64,000 nt of DNA from Coriobacteriaceae bacterium EMTCatB1 (GTDB taxonomy: Bacteria > Actinomycetota > Coriobacteriia > Anaerosomatales > Anaerosomataceae): the NCBI GenBank assembly GCA_001950395.1, contig BDLO01000001.1:469979-533978 (forward strand). Direction: 5' to 3'. Shown here one piece after another: positions 29,821-37,480 of the stretch. The position numbers and the translations under genes are program-made. Below the pieces are notes generated by a model, which had not been told where the DNA came from, did no database searches, and worked only from the letters and a program-made list of their open reading frames with translations. Each line of letters opens with the position of its first letter. Position 1 is the stretch's first letter.

Positions 29821-31560
29821 CTACCTCGTGTGGCGGGAGGCGAAACCGAACGTCACGCTGCCGGGCGCGTGGCACGCGTCGCACGTGTAGGTCGTGAAGT
29901 CGCGACCGGGATGGCACAACGTGCAGTCCGACGCGGCGGGGTCGGGGCCTTCCAGCACGTGCGCAGAGATCGAGGGATGGACGAACCGGATGTCATCCCA
30001 GGTCGTCGGCATGTGGCAGCGCAGGCAATCAGAAGGCCCGACGTGCGGCACCGTAGTTGCGTGGCACGTGACGCAGGGCGTCGTGGGATCCTCGAAGATG
30101 AGCGTGGGGTGGCACAGGTTGCAGCGCATCGCGCGGTGAGTATCGCCGAGCTGTATCGGTTCTGGATGCACGACGGTGGACTTCACCGAGACGAAGGCTG
30201 TCGTCGTATGGCAGACGCCGCAGCGCGCGTAGTCAGGGCCGTGGCGCAGCGCGTGGCAGCTGGAGCAGACGTAGGGCTGCCCGATGGCTGTCGCGTACGC
30301 GTTGCTGGGGTGGCACTTCGAGCACGCAAGCGTCGCATGAGCTCCGGTGAGCACGAAGACGGAACTGTGCTTGAAGGTGGCGGGCTTGAAGCCAGCGGTG
30401 GTGTGGCACGAAGCACACTCTGTCAACCCGCCGTGCTGCGGACCGTGGCATCCGACGCAAACGGTGGGAGCGGCCCCGAAACTCCCTGATGCGTGGCACT
30501 TCCTGCAATCGAGGTAGGCGTGCTTGCCGGTGAGCGGGAACTTCGCGGCGTGGTCGAACGACGGCTGCCAGGAGTAGCGCTTCGGCGAGTGGCAGCGGCT
30601 GCAGTCTGTGAGCCCGCCGTGCTTGTCGCCGTGGCAGCCAACGCAGGTGGACGGCGTGCCGGCGAAGCGTCCCGACGGGTGGCACTTCGCGCACTGCGTC
30701 TTCGCGTGAGCACCCTCGAGGCGGAACTTCGCGGCGTGGTCGAACGATGGCTGCCAGGAGTACCTCTCGGGCGAGTGGCAGCGGCTGCAGTCTGTGAGCC
30801 CGCCGTGCTTGTCGCCATGGCAGCCAACGCAGGTGGACGGCGTGCCGGCGAAGCGTCCCGACGGGTGGCACTTCGCGCACTGCGTGTCAGCGTGCGTCCC
30901 TTTGAGAGCGAAGAACGCCGCGTGATCGAAGCCTTCTTTCGGCTGCCACATCCGAGCGGGATCGTGGCAGTCCTCGCACTTCGTGAGCCCGCCGTGGTGG
31001 ACGCCGTGGCAGTCGACGCATCCGCGCGGACGGGTCGGACCGGCGAAGCCCGTGTGACAGGCCTCGCAGTCGAGGTTCAGATGACCTCCGAGGAGCGAAA
31101 GGTGGGTCTGCGGGATCGGTTTGCGAGCAGACCAGGCGATCGCCGTGTGGCATGCCGAGCAGTTCTTCACGGACGCTGGGTGAGGGGAGCGCTTGAGGTG
31201 GCAGGACTCGCAGGCCTTGTCAGGAACCTTGCCGGATGAGTCGTGGCAGCGTGCGCAGGCAATCAGCGCGTGGAATGACTCGTTGAGGAAGGCCTCGCGA
31301 TGGGTGTAGTCGACGTTCGTCCACGAGGACGTGCTGTGGCAACGATCGCAAGCAAGGTTTGCATACTCGCCCGCATGCTGATAGGTGTGGAGCGGCGCCG
31401 TCTTGCACGAATCGCAGGTTGAGCCTGCCGGCACCTGAGGATGGCCTGCGGCGCGCGCTTGCTCCTGAGGCCGGAGCGAAGCGGCGACGCCTATCGCAGC
31501 AAGAATGATGATGGCTGCGAGCACGAAGATCGCTGCACGGGTCTTCGTTGCCTGCGACAT
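29821..31560 (-). CDS. Membrane-anchored multihaem c-type cytochrome, 24 CxxCH motifs, built from c7-like trihaem repeats
   Basis: 579 aa. N-terminal signal-anchor AAIFVLAAIIILAAIGVAA. I counted 24 CxxCH motifs. The unit FDHAAKF-x-L-x-G-x-HA-x3-C-x-KCHPSG-x-F-x-G-x-P-x2-CVGCHG-x2-HGGLT-x-C-x2-CH recurs. RBS GAGGAGG lies upstream of ATG 31560. Confidence 0.85.
   Translation of the reverse strand: MSQATKTRAAIFVLAAIIILAAIGVAASLRPQEQARAAGHPQVPAGSTCDSCKTAPLHTYQHAGEYANLACDRCHSTSSWTNVDYTHREAFLNESFHALIACARCHDSSGKVPDKACESCHLKRSPHPASVKNCSACHTAIAWSARKPIPQTHLSLLGGHLNLDCEACHTGFAGPTRPRGCVDCHGVHHGGLTKCEDCHDPARMWQPKEGFDHAAFFALKGTHADTQCAKCHPSGRFAGTPSTCVGCHGDKHGGLTDCSRCHSPERYSWQPSFDHAAKFRLEGAHAKTQCAKCHPSGRFAGTPSTCVGCHGDKHGGLTDCSRCHSPKRYSWQPSFDHAAKFPLTGKHAYLDCRKCHASGSFGAAPTVCVGCHGPQHGGLTECASCHTTAGFKPATFKHSSVFVLTGAHATLACSKCHPSNAYATAIGQPYVCSSCHALRHGPDYARCGVCHTTTAFVSVKSTVVHPEPIQLGDTHRAMRCNLCHPTLIFEDPTTPCVTCHATTVPHVGPSDCLRCHMPTTWDDIRFVHPSISAHVLEGPDPAASDCTLCHPGRDFTTYTCDACHAPGSVTFGFASRHTR
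30537..30885. repeat. Tandem 186-bp duplication inside the 24-haem cytochrome gene
   Basis: 30537..30699 and 30723..30885 (period 186 nt = 62 codons) align with only a handful of mismatches. Each copy encodes one trihaem unit (CAKCH, CVGCH, CSRCH). Confidence 0.9.
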
Positions 31561-31655
31561 GAGGGCGCCTCCTCATCTACACCGCGACTCCGAGGTCAGC
31601 GGGTCTTACCGGACAAGCATGCCACATCCACTCAGGTATCTCCATATGCTGCAGG

Positions 31656-31685
31656 GAGGGCGGGACCCGTGCGGGCCCCGCCCTC
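31656..31685 (-). terminator. GC-rich stem-loop between the two cytochrome genes
   Basis: On the minus strand: GAGGGCGGGGCCC-GCAC-GGGTCCCGCCCTC (13-bp stem with one G-T pair), 30 nt after the stop of the upstream gene. No T-tract follows, so it could be a partial terminator or an mRNA-stabilising structure. Confidence 0.45.
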
Positions 31686-31714
31686 TGCGACCTCATCTCA
31701 ACGTGCGCTGCACG

Positions 31715-34700
31715 TCAGTTGAGGATGTCGCGGACGGCGTCGCGCACCGCCTGCGAGATGACGCTCGTACCACCGAAGAAGCGCACCTCAGTGATGTCGT
31801 CCTTGTGTGCGGACAGTGCAGCTTCAGCAGCGGGATCCAGCGTCGTGCCCGGGGTCAGGAGCAGCACGGAGCCGTCCTTGCCCTGCAGGACACCGCCTGC
31901 GAGAGCATCCGGGTAGTTCGTTCCGAGCGTGAGAGCGACCTTGTTCCAGCCAAGGCCCGCCGTGTCGACGCCATACGCGGCGACAGCGGCAGCGGTCTCG
32001 TAGCGGTTGTCGCCAGCGAGCCGGGTCATCGTGACGCCGTCGATGGCGAAGTCACCGCTGACGACGCCTGGACCGCCGAGGATGATGCCTGAGGTCACAG
32101 CGTCGTTGACGGTTGCCGTGGTCGCGCCCGGAGCCACCAGGTAGACGGGCCAGATCTTCGCGGCGGCCAGCGGCGATGCCGCGAGCGCGTCCGGGAAGTT
32201 GGCGCCGGTGGCGAAGAACGCGGTGCCGTCGTACGCGCCGCCAGCGAGCTCGATGACCTTGTCAGCCACGAGCGAGGCGGTCTCGTAGCGGTTGCCACCA
32301 GCGATGCGGGTGACATTATCTGCGCCGAGCGTGGCGACGAGCGCGTCCTCGACGGCGCCGCTCACGGCGCCAGTGCCGCCCAGGATGTACGCCTTGGTGG
32401 CACCCAGGTCGTCGATCGCGTCAAGCACCGGAGTCGGATCCGAGCCGACGAGCAGCATCGGACCGTCCACCGCGCCGGCGAGCGCAGAGCCGCCGAGAGC
32501 GTCCGGCCAGTTGTACGCGGTGGCCAGGACGACCGCGTCAGCGCCACTCGGGAAGGCCTTCATGGCCATCGCGATGGCGGTCTCGACACGGTTGGCGCCT
32601 GCGATCTCGACGAGGTCGGTGGTCTTGGGAGCAGCACCGACGGCGATGCTCACGGAGCTGCTCACGAGGTCAGCAGCGTGGTCCTCGACAGCGCCCTTGG
32701 CGTCGCTGCAACGGTTCCACACGACGCGGTACTGCGCGGTGGCCGTCGGAGCGAGCATGAAGGCGAAGTTGCCGTTGGCGTCCGACTTGGTGGAGCCGAC
32801 GGTCGTCCAGCTGGAACCCTCAAGACGCTCGAGGGTGACGACGCCGTCAGCAGCAGCAGAGCCGTCGCCGTTCTTGATGGTGCCGGCGATGGCTGCGAAG
32901 CTGCCGTACGCGACGCTGGACGGCGCCTGGACGGTAGCGAACGAACCGCCCACGGACTTCGACCACTTGGTGCCCATGTTGAGAGCAGCGACGATGTACT
33001 CGGGGTTGTGAGCACCGTTCGAGCCCTCGGCAGTGAACGCCTTGTGGTTGAAGTACGCACGGCCAAGCAGCGCCTTCTCGGCGGCGCTGATCGTGCCGTC
33101 GGCGTTGGCCCGCGTGTACGCCGAAGCGTACGCGGCCTTCAGCGCGGCATCAGCAGTGGCTGCATCTTCCTGCCACTGCTCGATGTACGCCTGGAGCTGT
33201 TCTTGGGTCTGGCCGGTGTGGCACGGCGAGCACGAGTCGCCCCACGGAGCGAGACCCCACTCCTTGGCCTTGCCAGGCTCCATGATGAACATGCGGTGGC
33301 TGTACCGCTTCCACGACCGGTCCTCGTACCGCGGGATCGCGGTCTTCTCGGGGAAGTCGGAGCGCGTCGCAGGCATGTGGCACTGCTCGCACTTCGCGCC
33401 AGGCATGAACATGCCGGCCTGGTCGACGCCGTACAGGCCGCGGCCGTTGTAGACCTCGCGGGTCGGATGGCTGACCGGACGGCCGCCATCGATGTTGGCG
33501 TTCGGAGTCGGGACTGCCAAGAGCTTGCCATCCGAACCGACGATCGTGTTGATGTCGGTGCCGTTGGCGTTCGCCTCGACTTCCTTCTGCCAGTTGTGGC
33601 AGTCCTCGCACATGCTGTTGTTGCCGGACTCGGGGTCGCGCACCTTCATGCCGATGGCTTCGCCCTCTTCGGTGTCAGCACCGTGAGCGACGTGGCACAC
33701 CGCGCACTCCTGGCCGTAGTAGCCGGAGTTGCTGCTGGTGACGGTGAAGCCAGCCATGATGTCAGCGCCCTTGCGCTTGAGGTAGCCCTCACCGGTGTGG
33801 CAGGCGAGGCACGCGGCGCCAGAGGTCTTGGCGTTGAAGTGGCCAGCGCCAGTCTCCATGTACTCCGAGGCGCGCGGATCGGCTTCCAGGATTGCCACCT
33901 GGCCGTCGTGCGAAGAGGTCGCCTCGACCGCCTCGCCGTAGACGCCGCCGCGCCACGAGTGAGCCGAGAGCTGCCACTCGCTGTAGTACGAGTGCTTCAG
34001 CCCCTTGTTATGCCCGCTCGGATAGAACATGTAGGCGCTCGGGTTTGCGGTGAAAGACGCCTCGGTCGGGACGTCAGCGAACCCGTACAGCTTGTCCTCG
34101 ATGAAGTCCGTGAGCGTCAGGTCAGGCGTGTAACCCTTGTAGTTGTTGCCGGACTTGTAGCGCCCGTGGCACTGGCCGCACACGTCGGAGTCGAGGATGC
34201 GGGTGCTGTAGGCCTTGGCGTTCTTGTTCGTGGCTGCAGTGTTGAAGCCGACGATGCCGACGCCGGAGTTCCAGTGACCGCCCTGGCTCGCGGTGAGCTC
34301 GAGGCCGGTGCCGTGGCAGTTCTCGCACTGGATGCCCATGCCCTCGGCCCACGTCGCAAGGTCGGTCTCGGGCTTCGAGGGATCCTTGGCCATGCCGCGG
34401 CGAGTAGCGGACTGGGTAGCGTGAGTGCCGGTCGCAGCCGGTCCTGTGGCGGTGACGTACCCAAGATGGTGGCAGTTGCCGCAGGTGTAGTTGCCGACCT
34501 CAAGGCCGGTGCTTGCGATCTCCCACAGGTCGGGCTCGGCGGGATCCCACTCGAGACCTTCGACCATCAGGAACGGGTCGGACGTGCCAGGCACGTAGTT
34601 GTCGGGGTCGTACGCGTAGTTGAAGACCATGTACTCGCGAAGACCCGTGCCGGCGCCGACTGTGATGCCGATCTCGTCCTTGGAGATCATCTCGCCGACC

Positions 34701-34936
34701 GAAGCGCGGCCTGCGGGCCACATGTAGTCCGCCGACGGGTCAGCACCCGGGGTGGCGAACTTGCCGTGGGTGGTGTCAGCGTAGGTGTCGCCGTGGCATG
34801 AGACGCACGTCGCCTGGCCAGCGAACTTGAGACCATACTCATTCTCAAGCAACGCGTACGCGGCCGAGGGGACGAGCATCATCGCGGCGATCGCCACTAC
34901 GCTGAGAAGAGCAACGAACCGCTTTGATGAAAGCAT
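31715..34936 (-). CDS. Secreted nonahaem c-type cytochrome fused to an Ig-like (carboxypeptidase-regulatory-like) domain and three CWB2 cell-wall-binding repeats
   Basis: ATG 34936 follows GAAGGAGGAG; the ORF-track start 34978 has no RBS. Signal peptide MLSSKRFVALLSVVAIAAMMLVPSAAYA. Nine CxxCH motifs (CVSCH, CGNCH, CENCH, CGQCH, CLACH, CAVCH, CEDCH, CEQCH, CSPCH). Next comes VTLERLEGSSWTTVGSTKSDANGNFAF. The last ~300 aa (about nt 31718-32615) hold three repeats of the type AG-x-NR-x-ETA...PDALAG...P(M/V)(L/Y)LV...(I/F)(L/F)GG...(I/V)S. Confidence 0.85.
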   Translation of the reverse strand: MLSSKRFVALLSVVAIAAMMLVPSAAYALLENEYGLKFAGQATCVSCHGDTYADTTHGKFATPGADPSADYMWPAGRASVGEMISKDEIGITVGAGTGLREYMVFNYAYDPDNYVPGTSDPFLMVEGLEWDPAEPDLWEIASTGLEVGNYTCGNCHHLGYVTATGPAATGTHATQSATRRGMAKDPSKPETDLATWAEGMGIQCENCHGTGLELTASQGGHWNSGVGIVGFNTAATNKNAKAYSTRILDSDVCGQCHGRYKSGNNYKGYTPDLTLTDFIEDKLYGFADVPTEASFTANPSAYMFYPSGHNKGLKHSYYSEWQLSAHSWRGGVYGEAVEATSSHDGQVAILEADPRASEYMETGAGHFNAKTSGAACLACHTGEGYLKRKGADIMAGFTVTSSNSGYYGQECAVCHVAHGADTEEGEAIGMKVRDPESGNNSMCEDCHNWQKEVEANANGTDINTIVGSDGKLLAVPTPNANIDGGRPVSHPTREVYNGRGLYGVDQAGMFMPGAKCEQCHMPATRSDFPEKTAIPRYEDRSWKRYSHRMFIMEPGKAKEWGLAPWGDSCSPCHTGQTQEQLQAYIEQWQEDAATADAALKAAYASAYTRANADGTISAAEKALLGRAYFNHKAFTAEGSNGAHNPEYIVAALNMGTKWSKSVGGSFATVQAPSSVAYGSFAAIAGTIKNGDGSAAADGVVTLERLEGSSWTTVGSTKSDANGNFAFMLAPTATAQYRVVWNRCSDAKGAVEDHAADLVSSSVSIAVGAAPKTTDLVEIAGANRVETAIAMAMKAFPSGADAVVLATAYNWPDALGGSALAGAVDGPMLLVGSDPTPVLDAIDDLGATKAYILGGTGAVSGAVEDALVATLGADNVTRIAGGNRYETASLVADKVIELAGGAYDGTAFFATGANFPDALAASPLAAAKIWPVYLVAPGATTATVNDAVTSGIILGGPGVVSGDFAIDGVTMTRLAGDNRYETAAAVAAYGVDTAGLGWNKVALTLGTNYPDALAGGVLQGKDGSVLLLTPGTTLDPAAEAALSAHKDDITEVRFFGGTSVISQAVRDAVRDILN

Positions 34937-35152
34937 CGCTCCTCCTTCTCGAACGAATAGGTTTGCGGACATGCGCATGAGACATCACCTCCTTCCCCGC
35001 GCGGGTTTGATCCGCGTAGCGTGCGCCGTGAGCGTCGTGACGATGGTTGGGTGGCGCACGCCAAACCAAATATATAGCCAAGCGCTAACGCCGGCTAACG
35101 TTTCTTGAGATTACCAACGGTGAAATCCGTCACTTTCTGACGAGCGGTTGTT

Positions 35153-35168
35153 TGTGCGATGGCTCACA
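35153..35168. promoter_or_regulatory. CRP/FNR-family-like palindrome upstream of the cytochrome operon
   Basis: TGTGC-GATGGC-TCACA compared with the CRP-type TGTGA-N6-TCACA. It lies in the 270-bp intergenic region between the cytochrome gene and tRNA-Asn. Confidence 0.25.
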
Positions 35169-35249
35169 CTGAGCGCGCAACGCGTGTGTGCGGGTCATGC
35201 GCGCAAGAGAACGGCCGCCTCCCGTGCAGGAAGACGGCCGTTGTATTCG

Positions 35250-35326
<77 letters not shown>

Positions 35327-35338
35327 ACGGCGCAGTGG

Positions 35339-35367
35339 ATTATACGGAAGCCGCGGAGCCGCTGCAA
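35339..35367 (-). promoter_or_regulatory. Promoter of tRNA-Asn
   Basis: Minus strand reads TTGCAG, a 17-nt spacer, then TATAAT. The -10 element ends 12 nt upstream of the mature tRNA 5' end. Confidence 0.55.
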
Positions 35368-35430
35368 CACGCGGGAGCGCCGCTGCAACACGCGCGAGAG
35401 CCGTTGCGGTACAATCGGTGCTCGCCGGCC

Positions 35431-35505
35431 GGGCCCGTAGCTCAACGGTGGAGCAGGGGACTCATAATCCCTTGGTTGCAGGTTCGAATCCTGCCGGGCC
35501 CACCA
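35431..35505 (+). tRNA. tRNA with CAT anticodon (elongator Met, or Ile2 if lysidine-modified), CCA encoded
   Basis: Acceptor GGGCCCG/CGGGCCC, anticodon arm GGGGA-CTCATAA-TCCCT, T arm GCAGG-TTCGAAT-CCTGC. The paired G1-C72 argues against an initiator. A TACAAT -10-like hexamer lies at 35410-35415. Confidence 0.88.
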
Positions 35506-35540
35506 GCGCTGCCTCGCGTTGGGCGCCAAGGAGGTGCGAG

Positions 35541-36638
35541 ATCGGCCGTCGGATCGAGAGGCGCATCCGCGCCAAGGACGCCAAAGTCAAGCCGCTGCGA
35601 TGGCTCGTTGCAGGCGGTCTGGTGGTCGTCGCCCTCGTGGGAGCAGTCGCGCTGTCAGCGAGGTGGCGGGCTGAGCATCGGGTGACTGTGGGAGAGGCGC
35701 CCCCCGCGACCGTGGGCGTTGCCGTGGCAAGCGAAAGCGTCGAGGCGAGCGGCGTCGTGGCTGGACGCGTGGAGGTGCCGAACCTCGTCGGCATGACGTT
35801 GGACGAGGCGAAGGCGCTGCTTGCCACCGGCGGTCTGGCGGTCCGAGCGCTTGCGTCCCCCGCTGGCGAGACGACGCCTGGGGTGGTGCTCGACCAAGAT
35901 CCCGCCCTGGGAACCATCGTCGGGCGGGGCGGCACGGTCTCGGTGTGGTACGCGTCTTCAGACTCGGTGGCGGCGACGAGCGCTCCCAATGACCCTGACG
36001 CCGCCAGAGGCGGGCGGTTCGTGGTGTGCATCGACCCTGGGCACCAAGACAAGCCGAACCTCGCGCGCGAACCGATAGGTCCGGGAGCGACGGAGACCGT
36101 GCCGAAGTGCGCGGCTGGCGTGACGGGCGTCGTGACGGGGCAGAGCGAGCCGGAGGTCGCGCTCGCGATCGCGCTGGATCTGAAGCGCGCTGTGGAAGAA
36201 CGCGGGGTGACTGTGGTGCTGACTCGCACGACGAATGCGGTCGACATCTCGAACGCCGAAAGAGCGCGTATCGCCAACGAGTGCGGCGCCGACCTCTTCG
36301 TCCGGATCCACGCAGGGTCGGACACCAACGGCGATGTCAGTGGCGTGCGTACACTCTACCCCGCGGGCAATGAGTGGGTCGCGCCGATCAGCTCCGCGAG
36401 CCGCGCGGCCGCACAGGCGATCCAGCGCGCGCTTGCGGACGCAACGGGCGCGCAGGACCGGGGCACGGCGAGCAGGAGCGACCTCGCGGGCTTCAACTGG
36501 TCGCGGGTGCCGGCGGTGCTCGTCGAGTGCGGCTGCCTCACGAACCCGGTCGAGGACCGGCGTCTGGCGACGGAGGCGTACCGGTCTGCCGTGGCTCGTG
36601 GCATCTGTGCGGGTGTGTTACAGTACCTGGAAGACTGA
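35541..36638 (+). CDS. N-acetylmuramoyl-L-alanine amidase (Amidase_3) with N-terminal TM anchor and PASTA domain; start codon uncertain
   Basis: Amidase_3 core (VVCIDPGHQD..., ADLFVRIHAGS, VLVECGCLTNPVED). PASTA-like segment VPNLVGMTLDEAKALLATGGLAV...VVLDQDPALGTIVGRGGTVSVWY. The frame is open back through the tRNA gene. No ATG, GTG or TTG lies between the tRNA and the TM helix. ATC 35541 sits 6 nt after a perfect AAGGAGG. The first canonical start is GTG 35622, inside the TM helix. Confidence 0.8.
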   Translation: MGRRIERRIRAKDAKVKPLRWLVAGGLVVVALVGAVALSARWRAEHRVTVGEAPPATVGVAVASESVEASGVVAGRVEVPNLVGMTLDEAKALLATGGLAVRALASPAGETTPGVVLDQDPALGTIVGRGGTVSVWYASSDSVAATSAPNDPDAARGGRFVVCIDPGHQDKPNLAREPIGPGATETVPKCAAGVTGVVTGQSEPEVALAIALDLKRAVEERGVTVVLTRTTNAVDISNAERARIANECGADLFVRIHAGSDTNGDVSGVRTLYPAGNEWVAPISSASRAAAQAIQRALADATGAQDRGTASRSDLAGFNWSRVPAVLVECGCLTNPVEDRRLATEAYRSAVARGICAGVLQYLED

Positions 36639-36660
36639 CTGGAAGCAGGAGGGGGGCAGG

Positions 36661-37407
36661 ATGGCGGCTGCGAGTCGTGATGCGCGCGCGTCTGGCGGTG
36701 GCGCTGTCGGCGCCGTGCGGGCCGGCGTGACCGCTGGGTTGCTGGTGGCGCTCGTCGCGGTCGGTCTCCTCGGCTACCTGCAGCTTTCCGGAAAGCGGCT
36801 GCCGTTCGAGCGCCCGCGCGAGATCTCGCGCGTCCTCGTCGTCGTCGCGTTGCCCGACGAATCCGGCGACGTGGTAGCACAGACGGTCGCAGTGGTGGAC
36901 CTCGGCGCGGGACGCGTGGAGAGCGTCGACCCCTCGATGCCCGTGATGATACCCGGCACGTCGTACTCGGCTCTGCGTGACGCGTACCCCTTCGGAGGCG
37001 GAGCGGGCGTGGCGAAAGCGCTCGCGCAGGCGCGCGGCGGTGAGCCGCTGCCGTACCTGGTCCTCGGGAGCGACGCGGTGAGCGAGGCGCTTGCCGCAAG
37101 CCCGGGGCTTGCCATCGATCTGCCGGAGCCGATGGCGGTGTTCGACGGCGAACGGCTCTACGAGTGGAGCGCGGGACCGGTGCGGATAACGAGCGTGTCA
37201 GAGCTGCGTGCGATACTCAACGGCGCTGCGTACCTTTCGGCGAGCGGTCGCGAGAGCGTGTTGCAGCAAGTGGCGGAGGGCGTCGTGTCGTTGGCAGGGC
37301 GGTTGCCAGGCGGGCTGGCTGGCGCCGTCGAGGACGGGGTGGTCGAGAGCGATCTTGTGGGCGACGAGGTGCAAAGCGTGGAGAGCAGACTAGGCAGCTT
37401 GCAGTGA
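36661..37407 (+). CDS. Membrane-anchored hypothetical protein, weakly LytR-CpsA-Psr (LCP)-like
   Basis: ATG 36661 follows GGAGGGGGG. There is one N-terminal TM segment. The extracytoplasmic part (VLVVVALPDESGD..., IPGTSYSALRDAYPFGGGAG..., PYLVLGSDAV) loosely resembles LCP-domain blocks. This assignment is tentative. Confidence 0.45.
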   Translation: MAAASRDARASGGGAVGAVRAGVTAGLLVALVAVGLLGYLQLSGKRLPFERPREISRVLVVVALPDESGDVVAQTVAVVDLGAGRVESVDPSMPVMIPGTSYSALRDAYPFGGGAGVAKALAQARGGEPLPYLVLGSDAVSEALAASPGLAIDLPEPMAVFDGERLYEWSAGPVRITSVSELRAILNGAAYLSASGRESVLQQVAEGVVSLAGRLPGGLAGAVEDGVVESDLVGDEVQSVESRLGSLQ

Positions 37408-37480
37408 CGGAGCTCATGCCTACGGGTTGTTCGTTGTGGTATTCTGCCAAAAGTCTGGATTCTGAAGGGGGTATCGCGTC

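Noticed and set aside
35431-35505. Initiator tRNA-fMet assignment for the CAT-anticodon tRNA
   Set aside because: Positions 1 and 72 form a normal G-C pair, whereas bacterial initiators have a 1-72 mismatch. The anticodon stem also lacks the three consecutive G-C pairs adjacent to the loop. It is called elongator Met, with Ile2 possible.
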